Position numbers and translations under genes: made by a program. From the human T2T-CHM13v2.0 reference genome, Homo sapiens: DNA of 64,000 nt. The stretch lies in NCBI RefSeq assembly GCF_009914755.1, contig NC_060940.1. One strand, 5' to 3'. Under the pieces are notes generated by a model. The model searched no databases. It had not been told where the DNA came from and was given only the letters and a program-made list of their open reading frames with translations. Each line of letters opens with the position of its first letter. The stretch's first letter is position 1. Below, piece by piece: positions 20,924 through 41,712 of the stretch.

Positions 20924-22836
20924 GTAACACACACAATTCTTGGCATTGCTTGCCTTCTGGTTGCACCACTTCAATCTCTGCCTCCATCTTCACGTGACCC
21001 TGTGTGTGTCTGTGTGTCTTCTCTTCTCCTCTTTTTTTTTTTTTTTTTCTAAAAGACAGGGTCTGGCTGTGTTGCCCAGGCTGGTCTAGAACTCCCAGGC
21101 TTAAGTGATCCTCCTGCTTCAGCCTCCCAAGTAGCTGGGATTACAGGTTCAGGCCACCATGCTTGGGTCTCTTTCCTCTTCTCATAAGGACACAAGTCAT
21201 TGGGTTTAGGGTCCATGCTAATAAGTATGACCTCATTTTAGCTTAACTATTATAATTACATGTGCAAAGCAACTTACAAATTACTTTGGAAATAGAGTAT
21301 TTCCAAATAGAAGAGATATAAACTGGGGAAAACTATTTCCAAATAGGGCACACATGAACTTTGGGGGTGCCTTAGTCTCTGTGGCTTGCTCTAGACCGGG
21401 GGCTTGTAAACAACATTTATTACAGTTCTGGAGGCTGGGAGGTGCAAGATCAAGGTGTTGGCAGATACAGTGCCTGGTGACGGCCTGTTCCTTATAGATG
21501 GTACCTTCTCACTGTGCCTTTGTGTGGTGGAAGGGGCAAACAAGCTCCCTTGGGTCTCTTTTATAAGGGCACTAATTCCATTCATGAGGGTTCTACCTTC
21601 ATAATCTACTCACTTCCCAAAGGCCTCATTTCTTAATACTATGACCATGGAGGTTAGGATTTCAGTGGGTGGCACCTGTAGGCAAGTGGAAGATGATGGG
21701 AAAGGTATGTGGCACACACGCACGTGAGCAGCATTGGCCAATGACTTGGAGACTTGGGCTAGTCATAGGTCTGTGAGCTGACGCAGGCCACTTGTGTGAG
21801 TAGGTGGTTTCTCCTGGGAGTTGCTGCAGCTGAGGCTGGGGAATGCCTCTATTGGTGAGTGACAGAACACATGGATGAATGGCTTGGAGACAGAGGTTTG
21901 CAGATGTTGGGGGCCCAGCCAGTTGTTGGGTGATTCTGGCTAAGATCTAGAGAGCAGTGGAGGGCACTTGGGAATGTCAGAGTGCTGTCAATGGTTATTT
22001 GGAGAGTAAAGTCACACCACGAGCTCCTGAGTGAGCAGGGGTCCTGGTGAGTCGATGGGTGTTGGTGCGTGCTTGGAGAGGGCAGGGAGCGGCTCTGCGG
22101 TGCTGACGAGTGATTTGGGGAATCAGACCCAACCCACAAGATTTACCACGGCAGGAGCAGTGACACCATCATCCAATGCACCAATGGCTGGGAATGGGGA
22201 GCGGCTGGCAAGCCTATTGCCCTTCTTCGTGCAGTGGTGGACTCCTGGTTAATGAGAGAAACCAACTTTCTGTCCTATCCAAATATTATGTTCTCCTTAC
22301 CCCTGGTTCTGCTTCCAGATCCAGAAAAAATGATCAACGTCAGTCGTGGGCAGGCAGACAAGCTGTCCCACATTTTTTATTCTGAAGGGATTTGAGCAGA
22401 AAGAGCCCAAGTGGGTTTAAGTTTTTGCCTCTTAATTTTCTCAAACCTCATCTTCAGCCCTCTCTCTTTTTTTTATTTTTTCTCTTTGGCATCCTAGCAC
22501 TTGGTGTTTGGGACAGGGTTAGTGTCATTGGCATGGATGATTTTCTTCTGATAAATTGGTTTACCTTCACCAAAGGGAAAAAAACAACTAGTTCCCTCCC
22601 AGCACCCCTATCTGAGCCTCTCCTCACCCCCTGCCTTTGCAGAAGACCCTGGCTTTGTCATGACCATTTACTGAAGGCTCTCAGCCAAGGCCAAGCACTC
22701 CACTAAGCCATTTACTAACACTACTGCATTTCAAAATTGTATGCAATTTAGTATGCAGGATGTGCAGGTTTATTACATAGGTAAACGTGGGCCATGGTGG
22801 CTTGCTGCACCTGTCAGCCCGACACATAGGTATTAA

Positions 22837-24137
<1,301 letters not shown>

Positions 24138-24830
24138 TGAGTGCACTGCGGGTACCCGATCACTGGGCTGCAGGACAGCAACCTTCTGCTTCCTTCCAGA
24201 ACCCATCTTCTGCTCCTGGGACTCACAGCCTTGCCTAACAGGCATGGCCTTGATCCACAGTCTCTGGACACTGAATCCCAAGGAACCCCAGCCTTCTGGC
24301 TTGAGAATTCATTTTGTATATAAGAGAATTTCAAATCTGTGCCTCTTGAGGGAATGTTGTTCCAGGAAGTGACCAGGGAGGAGTCACATCCCATAATACA
24401 TGGCAGAGCTTCCTTCACATCCTGTCACTCCTGAAGGCAATGTCTTGAAACTTCTGCTATCAGTTTCTACCGAAACTCTGCCACCTGAACTGACTTGCTC
24501 CCAACCTCTGTCCTCCCAACCTCCCAGCTTTGTTCTCCCCTTTCCCTTCCCCTTAGTGGCGCCAATGCCCTTTTCTAAGTATCAGGGTCTTCTCTTTGCA
24601 TCTGCTGCCTTGACCTCGACAACCACAGCCCTGGAGCTGCAGTGTAAAAACATGTTGTAAATGTTGAAAATGTGGAAAGCTGTACATGTTGGTTCTTGAT
24701 TTTTGTTTCCTTACACCAGAGCAAAGCTTTTAGGGCCTTTCACAAGGAAAAAGGCCCTTCCAACCCAGAGGGCAACTTGCTCTTTATTGTCTGTGTTCTC
24801 AGAGACCTTTCTTCAAGGGTCCTGGGACTA

Positions 24831-28657
<3,827 letters not shown>

Positions 28658-28659
28658 CC

Positions 28660-29170
28660 CATGAAGAACTGAATCACCATGAGGAGAATCAGTAGATGCA
28701 CCAAAGAGAATGTCCTCCCAAGAACCAAAAATATAGAACTATTTAAAAAGGAAAATAAACTAAGTACTTTTAAATGATCAAAGAGCTAAGAGAAGGAATA
28801 AAACCCAAAATGAAATAGTAAGATGCTATGAAAAAAGAATAAGTAGACATGCAAAAAACTGGCCTTCTGAAATTTTTTTTTATCAATAAAGTAAAAACTC
28901 AATGGATTAAATACAGAGACACAGCTGAAGGGAGAATTTATACATTGGAAGACAGCCCTGAGAAAGTTACACAGAATGCAGCACAAAGAGAAAAAGAGAT
29001 GAGAAATATGAAAGAGAAGTTATAAAACCGAGAGGATAGAGTGAGAAGGTCCAACTTACATGTGATAGGCATTCTAGGAGATAAAACAGAGAATGGGAGG
29101 TGGAGGTATCTGAAAAGACAATGTATGAGCATTTTCAAAAATTGAAAAATATGAGCCCTCAGATTGAAGT
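28660..29170 (+). mobile_element. Ancient L1M ORF1 fragment
   Basis: A-rich degenerate ORF1 motifs (cagaatgcagcacaaagag...tccaacttacatgtgataggc). Confidence 0.6.
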
Positions 29171-29362
29171 GACTTGAACAAAATTTCCCATTTATCTATT
29201 TACCAAATACTTCTTGGATGTCAGGCCCTGTGCTAGGCTTGGCAGGTACAATGATGATAACAGCTGACTAGGAGAAGGGCTGAAAGTTAGGGTTGGAAGC
29301 TGAGCATTGAGGACCATATAAAATGAGGACTATAAAATGAGGACCAGCTGAGGATCATATGA

Positions 29363-29635
<273 letters not shown>

Positions 29636-31070
29636 CCCCCACGTGGGGTGCCCTGGGCCATGGGGACCCCCCCCCACCCTCTTGTCTTTATAGCCCCCAT
29701 TTCACCGGGGCCCAAGAGCTCTCCAAGGCAGAAGGGGTTGAAGGCAAGCCCGTGACTGTCACCAGAGGCCATGGGCACGGCAGGCGGGCCTGGCCACCCT
29801 GTACAGAGTGTAGCAGTAGGGAGTCTCTCACCGTCGCATGGTCCTCCCCAGAGCATGCCGAACCCAGGAGTCTGTCTCACTGTTTATCCAAACACCAGGA
29901 AAGGTCCTCCCTCAAAAAAGCATATCTCCACTTCTCTCTAGCTGTATCTAACCCACCGTGTGAATGAACTGGGAGAGGGGCATGCTCCCCAGCTGTGTGT
30001 AGTCGTGACTTCTCAACAATCTAGCACCATGTCGGACACGTTCCCCATCCACCCTCCTAGCTCTGCTCTCAGAGCTAGGCACATGGGCACAGGTCCCCTC
30101 CCGTCTGTCCTCTCCCAGCAACTGTGCCCTGGAGGGCTCCACATGGCCCCCGTGTCTCTCGGGCACCACCCATATAGCAGTCCCAGAGGGCCCATCTGTA
30201 AAGATCGAGCTTGTGTGTGGTGTCGTGGTCACATCTCCCGCTTCCCCCCATCCTGTGTCTGGGCACAGTTCACATCAGGACAGCGTCCATTGTGCTCTCA
30301 GTCTGCCTCAGGTGTGTGCCTGGAGGGGGCCTGGACTGGCATGGATCCAGTGTGCAGAAGAGCCAGCAGGGAACCGGAAGCTCTGATGTCAAGGCCAGAG
30401 CAGTTGAGAATGGGACCCAGAGTAGATGCTGACCTGGGCACTCCACCATTCCGGGGCCACCACAGAGATGCCAGCAGGATGCCACTTTGCCAGCCCGACA
30501 CACGGACCTTTGTAAAGAACAGCAACAGGCAGGAGAGGCAGCGTGTGACCAGATTGTGTCCCGTCATTGGGTGGCATATGTTAACTAGCTGCCAAACAAC
30601 TTCAACCCGTGTAATTCATGTACATTTGCAACAGCCAGCCCGGTACAGCCTGTGTGACTTCTCTGTATGTGTGTGTGTGTCGTGACCAGCCTAAGTAGTT
30701 AGCATAACTCAAGATGCTGATGTGCAGTCACCCATCAGAGAAAATAAAAATGGAAACCACGTTCACAGCATTTTAAAAGTTTTTACTTTTTTTCTTGATT
30801 ATGGAAGTAATCCATGTACATAGTAAATCATTTTAAAAGTACAAAAAGTATGAAGAAGTTTGTCTTAAAAAAAAAAAAATTATTCCTCCAACTAGAGACC
30901 ACTCTGATGTTTCGACGTTTTAAAAAAGTCTTTTTTTGTGCATTTTTTCATCGTTGACATCATATTGTGATATCATTTATAACCAGTTTTTTCCTACTTA
31001 TTATACCACCATCTTCCACATCATTAAAAGCTCTTTGTAAACATTAAACACTCTTCATAAATCATGCCAA
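29636..31070 (+). other. BMERB1: BMERB1 3'UTR (end approximate)
   Basis: Repeat-free sequence after the stop; AATAAA at 30743-30748, ATTAAA at 31023-31028 and 31043-31048. Confidence 0.7.
30743..30748 (+). terminator. Proximal polyadenylation signal AATAAA of BMERB1
   Basis: AATAAA followed by T-rich downstream sequence at ~30780-30797. Confidence 0.65.
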
Positions 31071-31152
31071 TGTCTGTTTAGTAATCCATCTTGTGGATGT
31101 ACTGTAATTCATCTAATCATTTCCTCACTATTGGATGTGTAGACTGGTTCTA

Positions 31153-31640
<488 letters not shown>

Positions 31641-32907
31641 TCATCTGAATTTTTTATTTTTTCCTTAAGATAAACTCCTAGAAGTAAAATTATTGGGCCA
31701 TTCATAAGTAGCATTTTCAAAATATTTGTAAATTGGCTGGGTGCGGTGGCTCGCATCTGTAATCCCAGCACGTCGGGAGGCAGAGGCAGGCTGATCACTT
31801 GAGGCCAGGAGTTCGCGACCAGCCTGGCCAATACAGAGAAACCCCATCTCTACCAAAAAATACAAAAATTAGCTGGGTGTGGTGACTTGTGCCTGTAATC
31901 CCAGCTACTCAAGAAGCTGAGGCAGGAGAATCTCTTGAACATGGGAAGCAGAGGTTACACTGAGCTGAGATTGCGCCACTGCACTCCAGCCTGGGTGACA
32001 CAGCGAGACTTCGTCTCGAAAAAAAAAAAAAAATTTGTAGATCAAAAGGTCTTTGGTTGGACAGGCCCTCCCAGCAGGCTGCTAGACCCCAGTCCTCCCA
32101 CTCTGCGTGTTCGCGGCTTTGGTCTGCACACCACTTCCCACCATTCTGATGCTGAAAAGGGTCCCTTGGGCTACTCAGTGCCACCACAATGGCCTCAGAG
32201 GACCCCGTGTCCTCCTTCACCAACCTAGACCAATCATGAAGCCAGACTCTTCGTGTACTGGGGATGCCATAATGAATGACCTTCTACTGGGTGACTTAAA
32301 ACAGTGGAACCGTCTCCTTTCACAGTCCTAAAGGCCAGAAGCCTGAAATCAACCTGTCTGCGGTGCTCTGCTCCCTCTGTGGGGAAGAATCTTCTTTTGC
32401 CTCTTGCAGCTCCTGGTGGCTCCTGGCACCTTGGCAGTTCCCTGGCTGCACCACTCCAGTCTTCACCTCTGTCTCCACGTGGCCGCCTCCGCTGTATATG
32501 TGCCTCTGTGCACCCTCTCATCTTAAAAAGACACCAGTCATTGGAGTGAGGGCCACCCGAATGCAGTATGATCTCATTTGGACCCTTTCCTTAATTACTT
32601 CTGCAAAAACCCTCTTTCCAACCAAGGTCACATTCTGAGGCTCCACGTAGACATGCATTTGGGGAGGACCCAATTCCACCCACCACAGACCCCTCCCGCT
32701 CCAACGTGCAGTGAAAACTCAGGCTGCAAAGGGCCCACCGCCCTCTTTTCCCCATAAAAAATGTGGGTCAAGGCTGGGCACTGTGGATCATGCCTGTAAT
32801 CCCAGCACTTTGGGAGGCCGAGGTGGGAGGCTCACTTGAGGTCAGGAGCTCATGACCAACTTGGCTAACATGGTGAAACCCCATGTCTACTAAAAATACA
32901 AAAATTA

Positions 32908-33147
<240 letters not shown>

Positions 33148-34178
33148 TCAGGAGATCGAGACCATCCTGGCTAACACGGTGAAACCCCATCTCTACTACA
33201 AATACAAAAAATTAGCCGGGCGTGGTGGTGGACGCCTGTAGTCCCAGCTACTCAGGAGGCTGAGGCAGGAAAATGGCGTGAACCCGGGAGGCGGAGCTTG
33301 CAGTGAGCAGAGCTTGCGGTGAGCAGAGATTGTGCCACTGCACTCCAGCCTGGGCGACAGAGCGAGACTCCATCTCAAAAAAAAAGGGGAGAGGGGAGTG
33401 GGGGGGTCAGCGAGGTCTGACCTCAGGCCAGTTATACAGCAGTCACTCACAGATCCAACGAACCAGAGGAGATCAAACCCTCATCAAAATCCTGCCTCTG
33501 GTACTTCCGCTAAGCTCTGGGTACACCTACTGTATGTTCCTGTAATTCCTACTGATTTTTTTAAAAAAAGAAAACATTAAAAAATCCAATTTATTTAAGC
33601 TGTCACAGACGCTTCCAGATTACCAGGGCCACCTTCCAAGCTGGGAAACCTTGCAGACTGTGGGGTCCTGCACACCTAGACTTGCTCCTTTTAGAAGCCA
33701 TGGAGGAGGTTGATAATGGGAATAACATTTATTGTAGCTTATCTCTATGCCTTGAGCAATGTGCTCACACTGGCTGGTTCCCTCCTCACATCAGCCTGAT
33801 GAGTCAGATCCTGTTATTACTTCTCACTTTACAGATGAGGAAGTAGCAGTAAATCCATTACCCTTTTCAAGCGGAGGTTGCAAGAGGTTGCAAGCGGAGG
33901 CAGAATAAACACTTGAAACAGTGAGTCAGATCCTGTTATCACTTCTCACTTTACAGATGAGGAAGTGGCAGTAAATCCACTGCCCACGGTCCCAGGGGTT
34001 GTTAGTGACAGAGTCATCATTCATCTCCCTCCCTCCCCACCACTGTAGCCCCAATTGTTCTTTCTCTTCCCATCGGAGGGATTTAAACAGGTCTCTCCCA
34101 TTTAAAAGCAAACAGGGCTGGACACGGTGGCTCACGCCTGTAATCCCAGCACTTTGGGAGGCCGAGGCGGGCAAATCA

Positions 34179-34954
<776 letters not shown>

Positions 34955-35681
34955 ACGCCTGTAATCCCCGCACTTTGGGAGGCCGAGGCAAGTGAACCAC
35001 TTGAGGCCAGGAGTTTGAGACGAGCCAGAGCAACATGGCAAAACCCCGTCTCAAAAAAAATTAGCCAGGTGTGGTGGCAGCATCTGTAATCCCAGCTGTT
35101 CGGAGGCTGAGGCATGAGAATCGCTTGAACCCGGTAGGAGGTTGCAGTGAGCCGAGATCGTGCCACTGCACCCCAGTCTGGGCGATAGAGTGAGACTCTG
35201 TCTCAAAAAAAAAAAAAATGTATTTCCTGATTCTTGCCACACCTGCCCTTGATGCATCAGACTCTGGCTGCTGAAATACCAAGGGCGGCGACCCTGCAGC
35301 CCCAGTGTGGATTTGTCTGCACTTGCTGATACCAGAAACTGCAGTGGGGGCAGGTGGGTGGTAGGAGCGGGGGTTCCCTCATGCCCAGGCCCTGCACCTG
35401 GGAAGCCTTTGGAGGCCATCACATGAGCTGCCTGAGGCGGATGGAAGAGACGGTGCCAAGCAGGCCCAATATGTTCCCTGCTGGCCCTGGTACTGCTCCC
35501 CTGCGGATGCTCCTGGTTGGTTCACCACCTCGTGCGGAGTGAGGAGCTGAGCAGCCCAGCCACTGAGCAGGATTTCCCTCCAAGAACGGCCCCTTCCACC
35601 CTGCAATGCCTTCTTCCTCTGCACCTCAGCTCCCCCACTTCCAAGGCGTTCCTTCCCGGAACGTGTGTATTCTTCTCTTCA

Positions 35682-36128
<447 letters not shown>

Positions 36129-37244
36129 TTATGAAGACTCTCGCAAAACTGGTATGAAGTAAAATTTGTTTGCTTTTTTCCTATTAATGTCTTTGTCAGT
36201 TTAAGGCCCAGCCAGGGACACTAGGAGAATTGAGGAAGTTTTGCCGCCCACCGCCCCCCCCCCCCCCAGCAATGGGGACAGCAGGTGGGTGGAGGCCGCT
36301 GAGGGCTTCTGCGCCATGACTCACCCTCTGCCCATGGAAGCAGCTAGAAAGTGAAGGTGAATCCCAAAGCGCAACGCTCCTTCTGGCAAAGGGAACAGAG
36401 AGGGAACAGATCTTCTTCAATCAGCGCAGCCCCCTCTGCTACGGACAGGTCTGCTCTCCCCCAGACAGCTGTCTTCTAGGCCCCCACCTCTGAATCACCT
36501 TCCTAGGTGGGAAACAAACAAAGATAAATGCAAAGCCACCGTTCCAGCCCCAGTCCACACCTAACAAGACCTCCTGACGCCGCTCAAAAGGGGCACGATG
36601 GCTACTCAACTTTTTCTGCACAAATTTGCCATCGTGAAATGTTTGGAAAGGTCTTTAGCAGCTTTTAACATTGCTGAACTTGAAAAAAATGTCATCAAGA
36701 AGCAATTTACTCAAGTCTCTTCTGGGTCCTTTTAAATTCTTGCCAGAGGGTGCTGGTGGCAGGGGTGACGGGGTAATGGCGGTCTCAGGGGATGGGAGGG
36801 CTTCACAACTGTATCTGTGGAATAACTCTTTTCCAAATTGGCTTATTCAAAAAGCTTGCTTAGCAGTGACCAAAAACGAGACAGCGGGCACGCTGGATTT
36901 CTTTCACAAGAAGAGAGAGCCTAGGAATTAATAGAGTTTTCTAACTGGAAGGTTTTTGTGGTTACTGTATTTTCCCACATGTAATTATAAGCTGGAACAA
37001 AGGCTGGAAAACTTGGAGGATCCTGACGACGAAGGGCCCACCATCCAGCCACCTGCTTCGGCGTGTGCTGAGTTTAAAAGGCCTCTAAGATGTAGACGGA
37101 TTTACTCTCCACCTCACAATTCTATTTCCAGAAGGGGAGAGAAGTTGAGGAGACCCAAAATGAAAGATGGCAGAACTGTATTGGTTTGTAATTCCTCCCC
37201 ACAGACAGACAGACAGACAAAACCACTCACTTGGGAAACTCAAA

Positions 37245-39551
37245 ATAGATGCTCGCTTGTAAAGTTTATTGACAACTGTTTGGTCCCAACACACAAAACA
37301 GCACTTGAACCACAACAAAAGTGTTCAAACAAAGTAGACAACTAAGAAAAACATCTCTTTCCCCCAAACCCAATCCAAAACAAACAGTGCAAGATGGGAA
37401 AGGGGGTTTTGGTGATAACTTTTGTCATTTTTTTAAACAGATAAATTTAATCCGGTATATCTTTCCACCCAGAAATAAAGAATTACATTGTCTTAATGCT
37501 CAAACATCATTTTACCACATCATTTAATTAAGCCTCTGGATAAAAAAATAGATAGCAATTGGACTGGCCATTGTGGAGTACATTATGAACACAATGTGCT
37601 TCCGAAGTCTTCTCTCTCATTTTCAGACAGCAATTGTTAAGAGTCACACACACGTCCCAGACCTAAGCAGCAACTCCAGTGAATGGTACTCAGACACACT
37701 CACGGGACAGCACAGAACTTGATTCTTCTTTGTCTGTTGCCCAAAGAACCTGTTCTTTGAGTCTGTTCCAGGTGACTTGTAATGATACCTCTTACGGTTT
37801 TAAAGTCCACCACTCTTTACATGCTAGCAGAACTGAAGTCCAAGCGTGCAAACTCAGCCTTATGAAATCTTAGAATAAGGCAACTGATGTTCTCAACACC
37901 AATTATTATTACTTTGTTTAAAAGCTCCTTTAAAAAAAATTGCACATTTGCATTTCACTTCCTGTAACACTATGTCTGTAGAGGAAATGCCTTCAGGAGG
38001 ATTCGGAGAGTGCCATAATACTTACAGGGTTTTTTCCATGGTGTTCTGTCTTGACTGGGGCCATGTGTTGAGAACTGGGAGTCACTGGCTTCATTTAAAA
38101 GATTTGGGGAACAAAAAATCTGACTTGTAAAAATCTCTCTATAGCCCTTATTTTGTGGCATTTTATCAAAATGCTATGAAATCAGAGTCCATTTTCTGGC
38201 TTTCTAGAAGTTACCAAATATAAACATTTCCCCAAAAGAAACCATCTAACTAGTGGAAGACCTTACGCCAACAGGTTCTTTCTGCTCTATGAATGAATCC
38301 GCCTTTTTTGCCGGACAAATACAATCCATTGTAAATGTCAGGTTTCTCTAGAGGGGGGTGAGAGGCCACCCGTCAGCGGACACCTCAGGCACCTAGAGAG
38401 GAAGGCCATTCCACACCAGACGCCACAAGAAACCCAGAGATGCTTCCAACAGCGAGAAGTAACGAGAGTAAAATCAGACACGATTAAAAGATGCTGAGCT
38501 GACATACACACACATAAAGCTTCCCAGCTACCGATACCAGCTTTAAAATTACAATAACAAGGTTAAGTGGATCAACCTTGGCCTTCCTATGTGTAGGTAG
38601 AATTCCTGTCTCTTCCCAGTGGAAATCGTATTGATCCCGCTGCTGCTGAAGCACCTCCCCACTCAGCTCTGATTTGTAATTTATGCACTTGATGCATATT
38701 TTAGAAAATCAGGCTCTTTCCAATGCTGCCTCTCGACACACAATAATGTGTGTTGTAATCCAAATGCTGACTTTAAATCCATGACATCGAGACCATCTCC
38801 TTTTCCTTAACCTAACCCATATCAAACTGGAACACAGAAGGGAAGCTTCAAACATCCTCAACTTTCTAGAAAGCTCCTAAATGGAACCCCAAAGTAGAAA
38901 CGTTTAAAAAAATTTGTGATGAAGCCACTTTTGTCAACTACAGACATAGTTTAAATAAAAAACAAGGCACACTTACAAGTCACATGGAAGCCAGGAACCT
39001 TCACATTCCAACCTGAAAATACACTCCGAACCCCTCGCCTACCCTTCTCCTTTGGTGTGTGAACACACAGGCTAGCGGGACAGGCTTTGCTTCAAAGACA
39101 TGCCACGCACTGGGTTAATACTGTCGGAAACACCAGTAAGCAAAGGCTGAGAGACTCTATTATGCTACATGTAGGATGACACCACCGACGTGGCTCAATG
39201 GAAGCAAAACCGCTTCCTGCTAGTTGAGTTTTTAGTGCTTTCTTCTTTTGGAACACCATTGTATTTCATAATAGTTACTAAAAATTTGGTAAAATATATT
39301 AAGGATTCTTTAACAAATGCCACAAGTTCTTCAAATAATTGAAAAAAGAAAGAAAAAGGAAGAAGAAAAGAAAGACTTCAGCTCAAAGCTGTGTTCAATG
39401 GAAAAGAAAAACATGATAGAACACAGGTAAGATGAAGTCAATGGCTTCGGGGGGTTTTCATGACACAGAAAAGGATGTATTTTTGAAACCCACTTTTGTG
39501 TGCAGAATCAGACAGTGTTTTCCCATCCTAATTCTATATTCCAAATGGGAG
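37245..39551 (-). other. MARF1: MARF1 3'UTR (~2.3 kb, end approximate)
   Basis: Repeat-free AT-rich sequence between the stop codon and the poly(A) signal. Confidence 0.8.
37265..37270 (-). terminator. Polyadenylation signal AATAAA of MARF1
   Basis: tttatt on +; GT/T-rich sequence follows downstream on the - strand. Confidence 0.75.
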
Positions 39552-39796
39552 TTAAAGCTTGGTTATAGGTGCTAAGGAAAAGTTGGCTGCCAATTTGACT
39601 CTATTTTTGGGTTGCTTTTTGGCCGGGCTTTCCACGGGGTCCTTGCTGAGCAGTGACTCGGAGGTTTCCGAGGAGGGGCAGGGAGGCACGGGGACAGCTG
39701 CTGAGATGCAGGACGAGCTGGAGTCAGAGGTCAGAGTTTTGCTCTTTCCTGGTATTGGAATCTCCATTTTTTCTTCTTGGTTTAAAATCATAATTT
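39552..39796 (-). CDS. MARF1: MARF1 last coding exon ([10 protein letters not shown]...[18 protein letters not shown]-stop)
   Basis: tttacAG acceptor; TAA at 39554-39552; recognised MARF1 C-terminus. Confidence 0.95.
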
Positions 39797-41712
39797 CTGT
39801 AAACACAGAAAAGCAAACAGATTCAGATCCAGGAACTGTAAGAAGTGTGGGTTTTCTCTTCCTTGCTCATATTTTCTCAAAAGATAATAATAGTAATAAA
39901 AAGCTTCTAAATGCTACATCTATGCCACAGTTTACATATGAGTTGTGTGGCCAGTGAACTTGGCACAGAAATCAAGTATCTATAAACTGCATCCCACCTC
40001 TCCCACTGGATTACAAAGTTGGAAAGATCTCTATTTTGAGCTATAAATGAATGAGCAAAGGTTAAAACTTTTTGTTTTTCCATTTTGGATTCTCTGCCCA
40101 TTCATTCTGCCTGCCAGATATTAAGGACCCATAAAGCTATCCACGACTTAGAGACTTCCTGAGGCGGGAGGCCGTGGGTGGTAGGGGGTGGGGTCGGAGC
40201 ATCTGGGTGTCAGGGAGCTCCTGGCCTGCTCCATTTAGAGAGGACCTATGCTCCCCATGGGTCTATTACCGGGGATAAGGAAGGACTACGCAGAGTGAGA
40301 ATTACCCTCAGAACCCAGGAAGTTGAGCACAGCCAGCTTTCCCACAGTGCTTCTGGACTGCCATTTCTGTGGCTGAGCCACATGTAATTCACCTGCTCTA
40401 CACACAGGGCCACGCTGCTTGAAAGAGATGCATCATTATGCCTTAGACTCCCACTGCATAGGGCACAGGGCTCCTGCTCCCAAAGGCCCATGGAAGGTGA
40501 GAGTGGCAGAGGGGACAGCAGAGCCAGCTCCCTGCCTAGGCTGACCCTCAAGAGAAGAGCGGCTGACAGAACTGCCCACAGTGTTTTAATTATTTTCCTC
40601 TCTTGTCCGGTGCATGCAGTTGAACTTGCCCAGACTGAAGGCACAAAGGCCACAACCCCACAAACGAGCTAACATCAATGTGCCACCAACCCTAGGGGGG
40701 CACTGCACAGGAGCAGGGCATGGTCTAGGTCTGACTGCACAGGCTGGTTCTATCCGCAGGCAGTTACTTCCCCATCTCCTATTTTCCAAGTCAACAGCCT
40801 CAGTTCTTTTCCTGGGCAACAGTGCTGAACGCTGCCAAGAACAACCAAGATGGTAAAAGCCAAGCCAGGAGTCCACGGGTTGTTCCTGGTGACCTGGAAA
40901 GCAGCACCAGCAGTGGGGAGGAGTTGGGTTCCAACAGATGAAGAGCAGGGAGGGATCTGTACAGGGCAGATGGGCCATCCTCTCCAGAGGCCAGGAGACA
41001 CCGCAGGACAAGAGGGCTTGGGTTCCAATGCCGGCTCTGCCCTTGCTAGCCCAGCAGCCCGGGGCCACTGCCTCTCTAGTGACGGCACCAGCTGTGCCTT
41101 AGTCACGCAGCCTGTGGAATAAAGCAGCTGCCTTTATTCCACGGCTCTCACCTGGAGCCGTGGTAAGAGTTAAATGTGATGGTGTCTGTCAGCCCTGAGC
41201 ACAGGGTCAGTGCCAATGCCTGCACTAGGCTGGGACTCAGTGTGCTCAGCTTCCTGTCTGTTATATCACTGGGCAGAGTCCGGGGCTCCAGCCACAGACA
41301 CCTCCCTCCATTCACCCCTTTATAAAGCCCTTGGGCCCTCTGGACCCCCACCATGGGTGACGTGTACATCTGGTGACAGGTGTGCCTGAGAGCAGCTGAA
41401 CCTTCACAAAGTCTGGGAGAGCAGAAGCCCAGGAGGCCCCACCCACCCCTGTGGACTCGCCCACAGCCCCGAGCCACCAGCCCTCCAGAGCTGCCAAATC
41501 GCCCTTGCCTGATGCTCGCCAGGCAACCTCAGGCTGTGCATCCCATTCTGCAGGAACCCAGGTGGGGAAAGAAGGTCGAATAATCAGCACAGTGTTTTCC
41601 ACCTGAAAAGGGGTAGTCCCTTCCCACCTCCGTCATTTACTATATCAGTATCTCATCGTGGTTTTGTTTTAAACCCCGAAGAAAATCCCCATGACAACAT
41701 GGAGTCACCCAC

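Noticed and set aside
29960-30685. 241-aa + strand ORF after the BMERB1 stop
   Set aside because: Lies in a GC-rich 3'UTR, has no recognisable domain, and overlaps several equally long ORFs in other frames
33800-33979. Repeat-spacer-repeat pattern reminiscent of CRISPR
   Set aside because: Only two 58-bp copies, within MIR-like sequence in primate DNA, with no cas genes
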